Shown here: positions 21,770 to 32,750 of the stretch, piece after piece
Layout of the letters: each line of letters opens with the position of its first letter
Position numbering within the stretch: position 1 is the stretch's first letter
Source: an uncultured delta proteobacterium
GTDB taxonomy: Bacteria; Desulfobacterota; Desulfobaccia; Desulfobaccales; 0-14-0-80-60-11
DNA length: 64,000 bases
Direction of reading: 5' to 3'
Assembly (NCBI GenBank): GCA_963812015.1
Contig: CAWETI010000002.1
Span: forward strand, 576,001-640,000
The notes under the pieces: model-generated
The model's database searches: none
The model's input: only the letters and a program-made list of their open reading frames with translations
What the model was told of the DNA's origin: nothing
Program-made: the position numbers and the translations under genes

Positions 21770-22231
21770 GTGAACTTTAAGGGATTGCTTTTGGAAACTC
21801 TCGGCGAGCGCATAAAATATCTACAGAAAAATAGTGGCATGAATCAGGTTGATTTTGCTCAATCATTGGGTGTTTCTAAAGGATCTCTTATCCTATATCA
21901 AAAAAATGATCGCAGCCCTGGCGGTTCATTTTTGAAAACTTTATGTGAGATTTATAGAGTTAATCCTGCTTGGCTCTTGCTTGGGGAGGGTGAACCGTTT
22001 ATCAGGGAGAGGATTCCAGAAGAGGAATCTTCTAAACAGAGCAAAGTTGCAACCATCGACCCGGTGGTGCAACTCCTCGATGAGGAGCAGGAGAGAGCCG
22101 ATATCACCCTCACGCCGGAGCAGCGCACCGCCATCCTTAAAATTCTCCGGGAGTTGGTTGATCGGGATGTCCGCTCCATTCGAGAATTATTGCGTTCTAT
22201 CCCAGGAGGGAAGAAAACAGGGGATGAATAG
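21770..22231 (+). CDS. XRE family (CI-like) HTH transcriptional regulator
   Basis: LGERIK.L...GMNQVDFAQSLGVS...YQKN.R.P...VNPAWLLLGEG. Start may be TTG 21791. Confidence 0.88.
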   Translation: MNFKGLLLETLGERIKYLQKNSGMNQVDFAQSLGVSKGSLILYQKNDRSPGGSFLKTLCEIYRVNPAWLLLGEGEPFIRERIPEEESSKQSKVATIDPVVQLLDEEQERADITLTPEQRTAILKILRELVDRDVRSIRELLRSIPGGKKTGDE

Positions 22232-22997
22232 TGATAGTCAGGATTGCAAAAGGTTGACGGCCTTCTACTTTGCCGGCTTTTTGCAGCCGCCAGGTCATCC
22301 AGGAAATTTTTTTAACTTACCCCAGTTACCCCCTGCCTTTCTGTTGGCGAAATTCCTTCCCAGATTTCCTCTGTCCCGGTTTATTTAGTGATTTCCGAAA
22401 AAATATTTCAGCTCATTGATATTATTACATTAATTGATTTAGCCCCAAAAGAAAAGTCTATTATTAGGCACTCCCAAACAATGTGTCCTTCGTTAATGGA
22501 TGATTTTGGGTGAATTATCCATGATAGTGTATTGAATCATACATTGCTTTACATATAATTCGGCGAGATTTTTCAACAATGTGCCGGTGTGAATGGAAAA
22601 GCAATATGGTACCAGTAACGGCCATTCAAAATGGACCCACCCTTGTTGATTGGAACACCGATAGGACAAGCCAGCCGCAGGCCGGGGCAAGCGAGCCCAG
22701 AGCGATAGGCCTGTGGTTTTTAGATCGTATCTTGATAATGAAACTGGGAGGGTGCGGTCACCATCAAGGGAAGGATCTTTTCCCTCGAAAGTAAAAAATA
22801 TTTGATTATTTACAAAATATTCCATAAATGATTGATTGAGGAAGGAATTTTTCGATAACCGAGTTCAATCATCAAAGTAGAAACACTGCTGCATAATCTC
22901 GGTTCATAAAGGATTGCGATTTAAGGGTCTTGCACATTTTTGAATAGTATTCTTCGCCAATAAGTTGCCAACTTAGAATAAAAAGAGAGAAACGCAT

Positions 22998-24005
22998 ATG
23001 TCTGGTCATGGAGCCATCTGCCCCAAGTGCAAACAAGGGAGGTTATCCCGCTGGCGCCGAAAATCTTGGATGCGTCTCATACCCTGTAGCAAGCACTTTG
23101 CATGCGGCAAATGTGCCGCCAGATTTCTAAGCATATTTGGCGGGATTATGAAATTGCCCCTAACTCGTTTAAACGAAGCCCAGAGTGTTTCGCAAGCCAA
23201 TTTAATCTCTTCAATCCAATCGCCTAAGAAGGAGAGGGCGCGTCGGTTTGGAAAATTTTGCAAATCCTTAACTCTCGTGATAGCAGGTTTGGTCATTCTT
23301 GCCCTGAGTTGCTTTATTAGTTATCAGGGTTTGGGGGGAAAGGCGGTGCAACGAATTTCTCTCAGATTTCTACAACTTCTGCCCATAGGGTCAAATCCCC
23401 AGGATGGACTGGTAATGTCGGGACCCAAGAATTTCCCGGAGGGAGAATTGTTTCCGGATAGAGCGAACCTCCCAAAACCCGAAGAACATAAAGAAGCACC
23501 TTCCGTTCTGCCGGATGGCGGGAAATCCCCTCCCGCCAATATCCCCTTTGGAGTGGCGCCTTCGCCTGAACAAGAGTCGTTGGCAAGCGCTACCCGGTCG
23601 TTCCAAATAGAGATAAAGAGGGGAGAGAGTCTGGCCAGGATAATAGCGCAACATTATCCAGAAAACGAACAGATTAGTTTAGTGGCGATCATTTTAGCAA
23701 ACCCCGAAATTTATAAAGATGATTTTATTTATTCTGGACAAGTTTTAAAGTTGCCCAAGTTAGATTCCACAGACAAGACAATCCAGTTAGAGGACAATCT
23801 TTTTTATATCCTTTATGGTCGCTACTATTCTGATACAGATTTAAAAAGAGACACGCTTTGGTTAAACAAAAAGAAAGTACGATTTTTGGTAAGGACCACT
23901 AAAGATTCGAAAAGTAGGAATGTTAACAGGGTTATATTGGGCGGTTATGCGACAAAAGAGGATTTGGAAAAAGCTCTACAGAGCATAAAAACAAAATATA
24001 AATAA
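22998..24005 (+). CDS. Membrane-anchored protein with N-terminal Zn ribbon, LysM and SPOR-like domains
   Basis: CPKC...CGKC, one TM helix, IKRGESLARII..HY...ANP.I...IYSGQVLKLP (LysM), RVILGGYAT..D...AL (SPOR-like). Confidence 0.7.
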   Translation: MSGHGAICPKCKQGRLSRWRRKSWMRLIPCSKHFACGKCAARFLSIFGGIMKLPLTRLNEAQSVSQANLISSIQSPKKERARRFGKFCKSLTLVIAGLVILALSCFISYQGLGGKAVQRISLRFLQLLPIGSNPQDGLVMSGPKNFPEGELFPDRANLPKPEEHKEAPSVLPDGGKSPPANIPFGVAPSPEQESLASATRSFQIEIKRGESLARIIAQHYPENEQISLVAIILANPEIYKDDFIYSGQVLKLPKLDSTDKTIQLEDNLFYILYGRYYSDTDLKRDTLWLNKKKVRFLVRTTKDSKSRNVNRVILGGYATKEDLEKALQSIKTKYK

Positions 24006-24232
24006 AATATTACGCTTTTTGCTTTTGCTCCTGTCATGTTCTTACGGAAGCAATAATAGCTGGCGGATCAAAGGTTTTAAAGATAATTGGTAATCTGTAA
24101 ATTTCTGTTGAAAAATTGATGGAAAAATTTTTAGGGAGTGGAGTGGAAGGGAACGTTAGCAGAAAAGCGTCGGAATCTGGAGCGCCTCCTGAATGAAGGA
24201 GGGAAAGTTTCTTCTGTCCCAAGGGGATAAAT

Positions 24233-25426
24233 TTAGCCTTGTTTCACCTCTAAGTGGTGATTTAAGATTGCCATAATTTTTTCCGCAGCCCGCCCGTCGC
24301 CATAAGGGTTTTTCGCCTGAGCCATGGCTTGGTAGCAATCAGGATTATTCAAAAGTTCTTGTGCCGCCCGAAATATTTTTTCCCTGCTGGCGCCCACCAA
24401 TTTAACTGTCCCGGCCCATACCCCTTCGGGCCTTTCCGTAACATCCCTCATTACCAAAACCGGCTTCCCCAGACCTGGGGCCTCTTCCTGGATGCCACCG
24501 GAGTCGGTCAAAACCAGATAGCTCTGAGTCATGAGAAAGAGGAAGGGGGCATAATCTAACGGAGGAAGAAGGGACAGACGACCTCCGCCGCCAGCCAGGA
24601 GCGAAGCTGGAGCCCCCTGCCGCTTAATGGGTCTGGAACCCCGGGAAAGGATATCGTAAACCGGTTGCTGCACATTGGGGTTGAGGTGAACCGGGTAAAT
24701 TAAATGCACATCGGGGCAGTGCTCCACTATGTCGCGCAAGGCCAGACAGATGTTTTCAAATCCCGGGCCAAAGTTTTCCCGGCGATGGCCGGTCACCAGA
24801 ATGATTCGCCGATCATCGAAGGATATTCCATGGTGATTAAAGAAATATTGTTCCCATAAATCTTTTTCTTTTGCGACTTGGGAGGCCACTATTTGTAGCG
24901 CGTCAATCACTGTGTTGCCGGTAACCCAAATGTTTTCGGCTGGCACGCCTTCGGCCAGCAAATTGTCCCTCGCCCAGGGGGTGGGGGCGAAGTGATAATC
25001 GGCCAAGACACTGGTCAGGCACCGGTTCATTTCCTCGGGATAGGGCCGGTATTTGTCCCGGGTACGGAGCCCCGCCTCCACATGACCCACCGGAATGCGA
25101 AAATAATAAGCCGCCAGCGCGGCGGCCAAGGTGGTGGTGGTGTCCCCGTGCACCAGTACCAGATCCGGCCTCTCCTGCACCAGCACCTCCTTAAGCCCTT
25201 CAAGAACCCGGATGGTGATGTCAAAAAGGTCCTGATCCGGCCTCATCAAATTAAGATCATAATCCGGAACAATCCCAAAGAGACCCAGCACCTGGTCCAG
25301 CATCTGGCGGTGCTGGGCGGTGACTGCAACCTTGACCTGAAACCTTTCCTCTTCCTTTAGCCGTAAAACCACCGGGGCCATCTTGATAGCTTCCGGGCGG
25401 GTGCCGAAAATGGTCAAAATTTTCAT
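24233..25426 (-). CDS. wecB: UDP-N-acetylglucosamine 2-epimerase (non-hydrolysing)
   Basis: GTRPEAIKMAP, VHGDTTT, HVEAGLR, HRREN, TDSGGIQEEAP, ERPE, NPYGDG. Confidence 0.96.
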   Translation of the reverse strand: MKILTIFGTRPEAIKMAPVVLRLKEEERFQVKVAVTAQHRQMLDQVLGLFGIVPDYDLNLMRPDQDLFDITIRVLEGLKEVLVQERPDLVLVHGDTTTTLAAALAAYYFRIPVGHVEAGLRTRDKYRPYPEEMNRCLTSVLADYHFAPTPWARDNLLAEGVPAENIWVTGNTVIDALQIVASQVAKEKDLWEQYFFNHHGISFDDRRIILVTGHRRENFGPGFENICLALRDIVEHCPDVHLIYPVHLNPNVQQPVYDILSRGSRPIKRQGAPASLLAGGGGRLSLLPPLDYAPFLFLMTQSYLVLTDSGGIQEEAPGLGKPVLVMRDVTERPEGVWAGTVKLVGASREKIFRAAQELLNNPDCYQAMAQAKNPYGDGRAAEKIMAILNHHLEVKQG

Positions 25427-25427
25427 T

Positions 25428-26213
25428 TTATAAACTTGAAGGCAAGGCTACAATTTCATCTGGGAGTTTATGATCATAATTCCTGATCAAGCAACCATCA
25501 AAATTATCAATTTTGTAATTATACTTTCTGATAAAATCACTATATTCTCTGGCAACTTCTGGCCCATATAAAGATAAAAACAATATAACGTTCTCATTTT
25601 TTATTATATTTTCTATCCCTGAAGGGGCATGATATTCCACCCCCTCAATATCAATTTTAATTAAATCAGGCGGAATATTATTTTCATGGTAAACATATTT
25701 ATCTATCATAACAGTATCTACTATTGTCCTCCTTAAATTATCGCTTTGATTTATCCGTATTATACTTCCAGTATAATTTGATGCATGATGAGAATAAAAG
25801 ATAAACTAACCATTAGAAGCACTTATAATATATTGTTCAATTAGTGCATTTTCTAATTTATTTAAGCAGCTATACTTTTTTAAAAAAAGAAAATTATCAG
25901 GGAAAGGCTCAAAAGCGTAAACCATCCCATCTGGGCCAACTGCTCTTGAAAATAATAAGGTATAGAAGCCCACATGAGCACCGACATCATAAACAACCAT
26001 GCCTGGCTTTAGGCATTTTACTATTTGCTTTTATTTTTTTAATTCATAAGATCCCGACCAGCAACCGTAATCTGAAGAGCCAACTACCCATTTCATCGTT
26101 TTAGATGGCCATTGAAGTATAGGAAAGACAAACCCCTTAGGAGTCAGCTTTAGAATTTTCCTTAAGATTTTTCCGATCCTTGAATTGGCATTTAATCCCG
26201 ATAAATTTATCAG
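25428..26213 (-). pseudogene. FkbM family methyltransferase, fragmented
   Basis: Successive fragments GCWSGSYE(LKK*), VYDVGAHVGFYTLLFS..AFEP and PDLIKIDIEG.E, broken by stops; AT-rich. Confidence 0.8.
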
Positions 26214-26215
26214 TT

Positions 26216-27268
26216 TTACCTGTCATTTTTAACAACTGTTCTAACTGCAGAAGATATTCCTGGTCCAAACCTAGCTGCGGTCTGAATTCTGTCCCAATTT
26301 TCCCGGAACCAGGCTGTGGTGTTCTTTAACCCTGCTTCTAAAGACGTATGAGGTTCATAGCCAATAAGTTGCCGGGCCCGGTCCACCGAGGCCAGTAGGC
26401 GCGACTTCGTATCCCATTTGCGCCGCTCGGCGTAAAGGATGCCGGCTTTATTCCCCACCTGAGCATTAATCATCTGGGCCAGGTCGATGATGCGGGTCTC
26501 TTTTCCCGAGGCTAAATTAAACTCCTGTCCCACCGCGGCCTCAAAATAGCCGGCCCGCAGCAGCCCATCCACGATATCTCCCACATAAGTGAAATCCCGG
26601 GTTTCCTCGCCGCTGCCCGTGATGGGGAGGGGCTCGGTCCTCATAGCCCAATAGATGAAGTTGGGGATGACATTACGGTACTGGCCAGGCAATTCTCCCG
26701 GCCCATAGGAATTGAAAAACCGGGCCTTGACGACCGGCAAGTCGTAGTGGTGCTGGAAAAAGTTGCAATAAAGCTCCCCCAGCATCTTGGTGATTTGATA
26801 AGGGGAGCTGAGATGCAGAGACATAAATTCTTCGGTGAGGGGTAGGGGGGCGTTGCTGCCGTAGATGGAGCAACCCGAGGAGGCATAGACAAAACGCTGC
26901 ACCCCAGCCAGGCGGGAATATTGGGCGAGTTTCAGGGTACCCAGGCCGTTCACCAAGAGATCGGTTTCGGGGTGATCAATGGAGTTCTGGTTGGCGAACA
27001 AGGCGGCCAGGTGGAAAACGACCTCCGGCCCCTCAAAAAAGACCCGTTTCAGCTCAACTTCGTCGAGGATGCTGCCTTCCACAAACAAAACATTGGCAAG
27101 GCTCGGCACATTCCAGCGCACCGCCGAAGACAGGTCATCAAGGACGATAACCAGCTTGACCCCCAGTTCGCCTAAGGCCCTAATCAAATTACTCCCGATA
27201 GCCCCGGCCCCGCCGCTCACCAGGACAGTTTTGCCTCTATAAAAATCCAGGTATTTCCCAGTCTCCAT
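26216..27268 (-). CDS. NAD-dependent epimerase/dehydratase
   Basis: VSGGAGAIGS, FHLAA, YQITK (YxxxK), RFFNSYGP, RDFTYVGD. Confidence 0.92.
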   Translation of the reverse strand: METGKYLDFYRGKTVLVSGGAGAIGSNLIRALGELGVKLVIVLDDLSSAVRWNVPSLANVLFVEGSILDEVELKRVFFEGPEVVFHLAALFANQNSIDHPETDLLVNGLGTLKLAQYSRLAGVQRFVYASSGCSIYGSNAPLPLTEEFMSLHLSSPYQITKMLGELYCNFFQHHYDLPVVKARFFNSYGPGELPGQYRNVIPNFIYWAMRTEPLPITGSGEETRDFTYVGDIVDGLLRAGYFEAAVGQEFNLASGKETRIIDLAQMINAQVGNKAGILYAERRKWDTKSRLLASVDRARQLIGYEPHTSLEAGLKNTTAWFRENWDRIQTAARFGPGISSAVRTVVKNDR

Positions 27269-27286
27269 AAAGCCTCCCAGATTGTT

Positions 27287-28768
27287 TTATATACCTCTCC
27301 CGAATAGAGTGATCCGCACCGTCTTGAGCAGGATAGCTAAGTCTAAAAAGAAGCTCATATTTTTAATGTAGAAGAGGTCATATTCAAGTTTTTCCTTGGT
27401 CTGTTCCAGGGAAGATGCATATGGAAACATGACCTGGGCCCAGCCCGTAAGCCCAGGCCTCATCAGCAGCCTGTGGCTGTAATAAGGAATTCGTTCATAA
27501 TAGTTGTAGTGAATCTCACACGCGGGCGGATTCTTAATCCGGCGTCCGCGCCGGACTCTGGGCACTAGTTCCTGGAATATATTAACGAAAATTTCCCGTT
27601 CCGGCCGTGGGCCGATGCAGCTCATCTCACCCCTTAGGATATTGATAAACTGGGGAAATTCATCCAGGCGGGAACGGCGCAGGACCCGTCCCACCCAGGT
27701 GATACGGGGATCCCTAAACGAAGCCCACTGGGGGCCGTTATATTCGGCATCCAGCTGCATCGTGCGGAACTTGATGATCTGGAAGGCCTTGCCGTCCTTT
27801 CCCAGCCGTTCCTGCCGGAAGAACACAGGGCCGGCGCTGTCCAGTTTAATGGCAATGGCAATGAGGACCAGTAGGGGGGAGGCTATAGCCAGGGCAAACG
27901 AGGCCAGCCCCAAGTCGATCAGCCGTTTGACACGGTGGTAGTAAAGCCTATTTTTTTGCAGCATAACTAGATAAAGCCAGAGGTCGGAAATATGATCAAT
28001 GGGAATTTTCCCCGTCAGGAACTCAAAAAAGGAAGGCATGTCTTGAAGATGGCAGCCGTTCCAGCTGATCCGGGTCAGGACGTTGATCATGGCAGGGGAC
28101 TTGTCGTGGGTGATGGCCACCACCGCCAGGTCCACCATGCGCTCCCGGATAATTTCCACCAACTCTCCACAACTTCCCAGCACCGGCAGGCCGTCAATAA
28201 CGGTGCCGACTTTACGCGGATCATCGTCGACAAAACCCACTGGGTCCAGGCCACTGCGGGAGCGATTCCGCAAAGCCTCCAAGAGGCGCCGTCCGCTCCC
28301 CCCAGCGCCGATAATAAGCAGCCTCTGCCTGAGACGCTGGGGCAAGGCCATCGCCGAGAAGGCCAGCCGCCACAGCAGCACCAGCCCGGCAAAGGTGGCG
28401 CTCTGAACCAGGAGCTGCACCCGACCGACGAAAACTCCCTTCGGGAAGTAAAAAAAGATGATGATACCCACCGAGCCCATTGCCACCGAGAACAACAGCT
28501 GGCCGATATTACTCCAGCGTCGGTAATCCATCTGGTAGTCATAGTTGCTGAAAATAAAGAAAACCACCAGATAGGCGAGCCCCATCATCAGGAAAGCAAA
28601 AAGATGAGCACCTAAAAAGGAAAATGGGTTACGGTCGACCAGTGGGTTGAAATACAGGGAGAGGAAAACGGCAAGGACATACATTGCGGCATCCCCTCCC
28701 AAGAGAAGGAATTGCCACTTTGAAATTTGGACGCCACAAAATCTAATCATAGCAAGAAAACCAGGCAT
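27287..28768 (-). CDS. Priming polyprenyl-phosphate sugar transferase (WbaP/WcaJ-like)
   Basis: N-terminal TMs, IIGAG, GFVDDD, KRLID, GPVFFRQERLG, KFRTM, LDEFPQ..N...GEMS.IGPRPER, PGLTGWAQV. Confidence 0.93.
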   Translation of the reverse strand: MPGFLAMIRFCGVQISKWQFLLLGGDAAMYVLAVFLSLYFNPLVDRNPFSFLGAHLFAFLMMGLAYLVVFFIFSNYDYQMDYRRWSNIGQLLFSVAMGSVGIIIFFYFPKGVFVGRVQLLVQSATFAGLVLLWRLAFSAMALPQRLRQRLLIIGAGGSGRRLLEALRNRSRSGLDPVGFVDDDPRKVGTVIDGLPVLGSCGELVEIIRERMVDLAVVAITHDKSPAMINVLTRISWNGCHLQDMPSFFEFLTGKIPIDHISDLWLYLVMLQKNRLYYHRVKRLIDLGLASFALAIASPLLVLIAIAIKLDSAGPVFFRQERLGKDGKAFQIIKFRTMQLDAEYNGPQWASFRDPRITWVGRVLRRSRLDEFPQFINILRGEMSCIGPRPEREIFVNIFQELVPRVRRGRRIKNPPACEIHYNYYERIPYYSHRLLMRPGLTGWAQVMFPYASSLEQTKEKLEYDLFYIKNMSFFLDLAILLKTVRITLFGRGI

Positions 28769-28794
28769 CGGGGCTACCGGACCGGAAACCCCAT

Positions 28795-30018
28795 TCAGGG
28801 AGTGATCTGCTGAAAGTATGCTTCCAAGATCTCCGCACCCCTGGATAGTGACAGGTGGCGCTCGGCGTATAGTCTACCACTGGCCCCCAGCCGCTCGCGC
28901 AGTTCCGGTCGGTCAGCAAGCTGACGGATAGCCCTGGCCATGGCGTCCGGATCGCCGGGCGGCACGCAGAGGCCGCACCCCGCCTCGGCGATCAACCGGG
29001 GGGCGTCGCCGTCCAAAGGGAGACTGGCCAGCACCGGCCGCCCCGCGGCCATTATGCTTAAAATCTTGGAAGGGACTACCGGGGTTTTAACTTCTTGGCG
29101 CAGGGTGGCCAGGCAGAGATCAGAGGCTATCAAGACCCCCGGGTATTTATCTTTGGGCTGCATGGGAAGGAATAAGACGTTGCCGAGTTGGTTCTCCTGG
29201 GCAAGTTTTAGGAGTTTAAATTTTTCAACCCCATCGCCTACCATGAGGAAGACTATGTCTCTTTGCTCTTTTAATATCCTGGCACTGTGCAGCACGGTTT
29301 CCAGATCCTGGGAGTAACCCATAATGCCGGCGAAGGAGACCACAAAATGATGATCGAGGCCGAGAGAAGCCCTTAATCCGTTTTCTCGAGAACCGGGTTG
29401 GATTGCCTTAGTGTCTATCCAATTAGGTACAACGTTGACTTTTCCGAACTTTCCACCTGCATTTAAGACATGCTGGCGGTTACCTTCGGAATGGACCGCA
29501 ACAAGATCGGCATGACGGTATAGAAAGGATTCCAACCTCTTAAAAATTCGGATAAGGGAGGGGTTTTTCAGCACCCCCAAATCAATGGCACTTTGGGGAA
29601 AGAGATCTTGGATATTCACTATCAAGGGGCGTCGTCGTGCCCGGCACAGGGCCAGGGCGGCCAGGGCCAGGGGCAGAGGGGGCGAATAGACCAGGGCCGC
29701 GTCAAAGGCCGGCAGCCAAACCCCCGCCATCCCGGCAAAGAGGGCGGAGACAAATTGATCCATTCCTCGGATGATGGGAATGTTCCAGGGAATATCCAGG
29801 TTGAAGACCCGTAGTACTTTCAGACCGTGATAGGTCTCGTAAATGCAAGGACTTTGCCGGTAATCCTTTTGTTTTCCGGCCACATGATAACGGGGCAGGC
29901 CGGTAAGGATGGTAATCTCATGGCCCAGCTCCCGAAGAGCCTGCCCCAACTCATAATAAAGATGAGCTGCCGATCCAACCTCCGGTGGGAAATAAGGGGT
30001 GATTAGTAAGATCTTCAT
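28795..30018 (-). CDS. Glycosyltransferase family 4 (WbuB-like)
   Basis: YFPPEVGS, SPPL, QDLFP, VPNWID, AGIMG..Q, PSKI..MAAGRPV. Confidence 0.9.
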   Translation of the reverse strand: MKILLITPYFPPEVGSAAHLYYELGQALRELGHEITILTGLPRYHVAGKQKDYRQSPCIYETYHGLKVLRVFNLDIPWNIPIIRGMDQFVSALFAGMAGVWLPAFDAALVYSPPLPLALAALALCRARRRPLIVNIQDLFPQSAIDLGVLKNPSLIRIFKRLESFLYRHADLVAVHSEGNRQHVLNAGGKFGKVNVVPNWIDTKAIQPGSRENGLRASLGLDHHFVVSFAGIMGYSQDLETVLHSARILKEQRDIVFLMVGDGVEKFKLLKLAQENQLGNVLFLPMQPKDKYPGVLIASDLCLATLRQEVKTPVVPSKILSIMAAGRPVLASLPLDGDAPRLIAEAGCGLCVPPGDPDAMARAIRQLADRPELRERLGASGRLYAERHLSLSRGAEILEAYFQQITP

Positions 30019-30278
30019 AGTAAAATGTTGCCTTTGGAGTAAATCTTAGGAAAACCAATAGGTTGGCCTGTGCCGGCCACCCCCATTCCGGTTCCAAATA
30101 ATATTAATCATATTTGTTTGACTTGCAAAATCTTTACCTAAAGGTAAGTTGCTGATATTTTACATATAATAACCACTGAGATCCTTTGAATGTTCGGTCT
30201 TCTGAACAAAATAGATCAACTTTTAACCACAAGGTTATTTATTAATAGAAAACGGGAAACCGTATTAGGAATTAGCTC

Positions 30279-32474
30279 TTACATCCCTTGAGTTTGTCCA
30301 GCTCTCAAAGCTGCGGCGGCCTTCAGGGTTGCCCGAGTGGACGCAGCATAATCTATAAAAAGCTTGGGGAAATTTTCCGGCTCTCCAACCGCCTTATTAA
30401 AAAATTCCAATTCCGCCTGATATCCCATGTCCATGGAAAGCTTCCTGATTTTTATAGTCCTCCCGCCCTGAATAAGCTGGGCTCGGCGAAAATCATCGAG
30501 AACTGCCGCCGAATCTTCGCAGAAGAGCTCAAAACGCTCCCGGGAAAAGGCCTTGGGTCCTTTGGCGGTGTAAAGAATGGTGCCGATTGAACCATCTTTG
30601 AAAGTCAGATTAATGATCAGATTATCGTCATATCTGTATTTGCCAGTGGCTCCGGAAATGGTCTCCACATTTAGCGATGCCGTCTCCGAGCTGGTCATGA
30701 AATGTAGGAAATCGATGAAATGACAGACTTCCCCCCGAAGACGACCGCCGCCCACTTCCGGGTCGTGCACCCAGTGGTCCCCTGGGATATAGCCGGCATT
30801 GACCCGATAAGTCATCATCAGGGGAGTGGTGCGACCCGCCACCATGGCCTTGACCTGCCGAGTCAACGGCGCAAACCGCCGGTTGAACCCCACCATCAAC
30901 AGCCGGGACCCATCATAGGCCGCCTCAATTTCTTCCAACTCGTCTGACGTCAGGCATAAGGGTTTTTCCACCAAGACGTGCTTGCCTGCCGCCAGGGCTT
31001 CCAACACCAGGGTGGCATGAGAATTATGTCTGGTAGTAATGATGATACTGCCGATGGCCTTATCCTTGAGAATTTCTTGGTAATCCGTGGTGGCATAGGC
31101 AAAGCCGAACTTCTTGGCGATATGCTGGACCGTCACGCCGGTGGTGGTAGCCGCCCCCATTAGTGTTAGCCCCGGGACCTTTTTCAAGGCTGGCAGGAGA
31201 ATATTCTTGGTAAACATGCCACCGCCGATGAGACCGATCGCCTGGGGATTAGCCGATTGGCTTGGAGAGGCGACCGGTTTCAGCCACACCTTCCGAAGCA
31301 GCGTGGCTTGGTCGGCATCGGCCAAGGCTTCCCCTGTTTCCTGGTTCTCCGGCTGAGGATAGGTCAGGACCACGCCGATATACGTCTCCCGATTTTTCAG
31401 GATCAGGTCATAGGCCTCCAGTGCTTGATCAATTGGAAAGCGGTGCGTTATCAGCCGGTCGACCTGCACCCGCCCCCGGGCCACCAGGTCCAGGAAGGCT
31501 GCCAGATTGCGCCGCTCGGTCCAGCGCACTAAAGATAGGGGATAATCAAATCCCTTGGCCTCATAGAGCGGCTGCAGGCTGCCCGGGCCGGCGGCCTTGG
31601 ACACCGTAAAGGTTAACTCCTTGTCCCAGAAAGCCTTCCGGGTGAGGCTCAGTTCCGCCACTCCCACCAGCACCAGCCGGGCCCGCTCCCGGGCTACCGC
31701 CTCCGCCAGTCGCACCGGGCGAGGATCACTGCTGGCCGCGGTAATGATCACCGCATCCGCTCCCCGGCCGTGAGTCGAATTGGCGACGGCTTCTTCCACA
31801 TCATCTTGGCCGGGAATCAGGGCCAGGTCCGCGCCCAGTTCCCGGGCAAGCTCGCATTTTTGCCGATCCAGGTCCACCCCGATGACCCTGCAGCCTTGGG
31901 CCGCCAGCAATTGCACGCTGAGTAATCCCAGGAGCCCCAGGCCAATGACCACCGCCGTCTCTCCCAGGGTCAGGCCGGCTTCCCGCACCCCATGGAGGGC
32001 AATGCCTCCCAACATGACGAAAGCGGCGGCTTCAAAGTCCACTCCTTCTGGAATAGGCACACAGAGATTTTCGGGCACCCAGATCATTTCCGCATGGGAG
32101 GCAAACCCCGCCCCAGCCGCGGCCACCCGGTCTCCGGGCTTGAACCCCTGCACCCCGGCCCCCACTTCCAGAACCTCGCCCGCCGCACTATACCCCAGCG
32201 GCAACGGCTCATCCATCCGGTTCATGGCCTCCTTTAAGACGCTGATAAAACCCTCTTTCTGAGCCTTAGCCCAGACCTGCCGCACCAAATCAGGCCGTGC
32301 CCGGGCCTTTCCCAGCAGACTCTTCTGCCCCATCTCGATCATCAGCTTATCAGTCCCGGGGCTGATAAGAGAGGCCATATTCTGCACCAAAACCCCGCCA
32401 GCTTTGCAATATGATTCGGGCAATTCGGATAGGCTAATCTTACCGTTTTTATACGACTGAATGATTTGTTTCAT
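30279..32474 (-). CDS. Bi-domain oxidoreductase (Zn-ADH-like plus Gfo/Idh/MocA)
   Basis: SLISPGT, PLGYS.AG.V, GLGLLG, RWTERRN, then IGGGMF, VEKPL, GFNRRF, EVCHFID. Confidence 0.88.
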   Translation of the reverse strand: MKQIIQSYKNGKISLSELPESYCKAGGVLVQNMASLISPGTDKLMIEMGQKSLLGKARARPDLVRQVWAKAQKEGFISVLKEAMNRMDEPLPLGYSAAGEVLEVGAGVQGFKPGDRVAAAGAGFASHAEMIWVPENLCVPIPEGVDFEAAAFVMLGGIALHGVREAGLTLGETAVVIGLGLLGLLSVQLLAAQGCRVIGVDLDRQKCELARELGADLALIPGQDDVEEAVANSTHGRGADAVIITAASSDPRPVRLAEAVARERARLVLVGVAELSLTRKAFWDKELTFTVSKAAGPGSLQPLYEAKGFDYPLSLVRWTERRNLAAFLDLVARGRVQVDRLITHRFPIDQALEAYDLILKNRETYIGVVLTYPQPENQETGEALADADQATLLRKVWLKPVASPSQSANPQAIGLIGGGMFTKNILLPALKKVPGLTLMGAATTTGVTVQHIAKKFGFAYATTDYQEILKDKAIGSIIITTRHNSHATLVLEALAAGKHVLVEKPLCLTSDELEEIEAAYDGSRLLMVGFNRRFAPLTRQVKAMVAGRTTPLMMTYRVNAGYIPGDHWVHDPEVGGGRLRGEVCHFIDFLHFMTSSETASLNVETISGATGKYRYDDNLIINLTFKDGSIGTILYTAKGPKAFSRERFELFCEDSAAVLDDFRRAQLIQGGRTIKIRKLSMDMGYQAELEFFNKAVGEPENFPKLFIDYAASTRATLKAAAALRAGQTQGM

Positions 32475-32750
32475 GCCTATATTCTCCGGGCCACTCCGCC
32501 AAGGTTAACCGACCAGGGGCCGGCTGGCAACCATGGGAATCGTAACCAAAAGCGATTTAAGTAAACAATACTCATCACAGTTGCTCTAAATGCAACATTA
32601 ATATCTTTCCTTGAGATCGGGATTTAATTTGGTCAAATCTTTTAATCCTGTACAAAATCTCATCAATGAATCAACTTCTTCTGAAAAACTAATTCTAATC
32701 TCAGAAGGAATCTCTGTGAGGCTATATTTGCGTTCACCATCTATGTCAAA

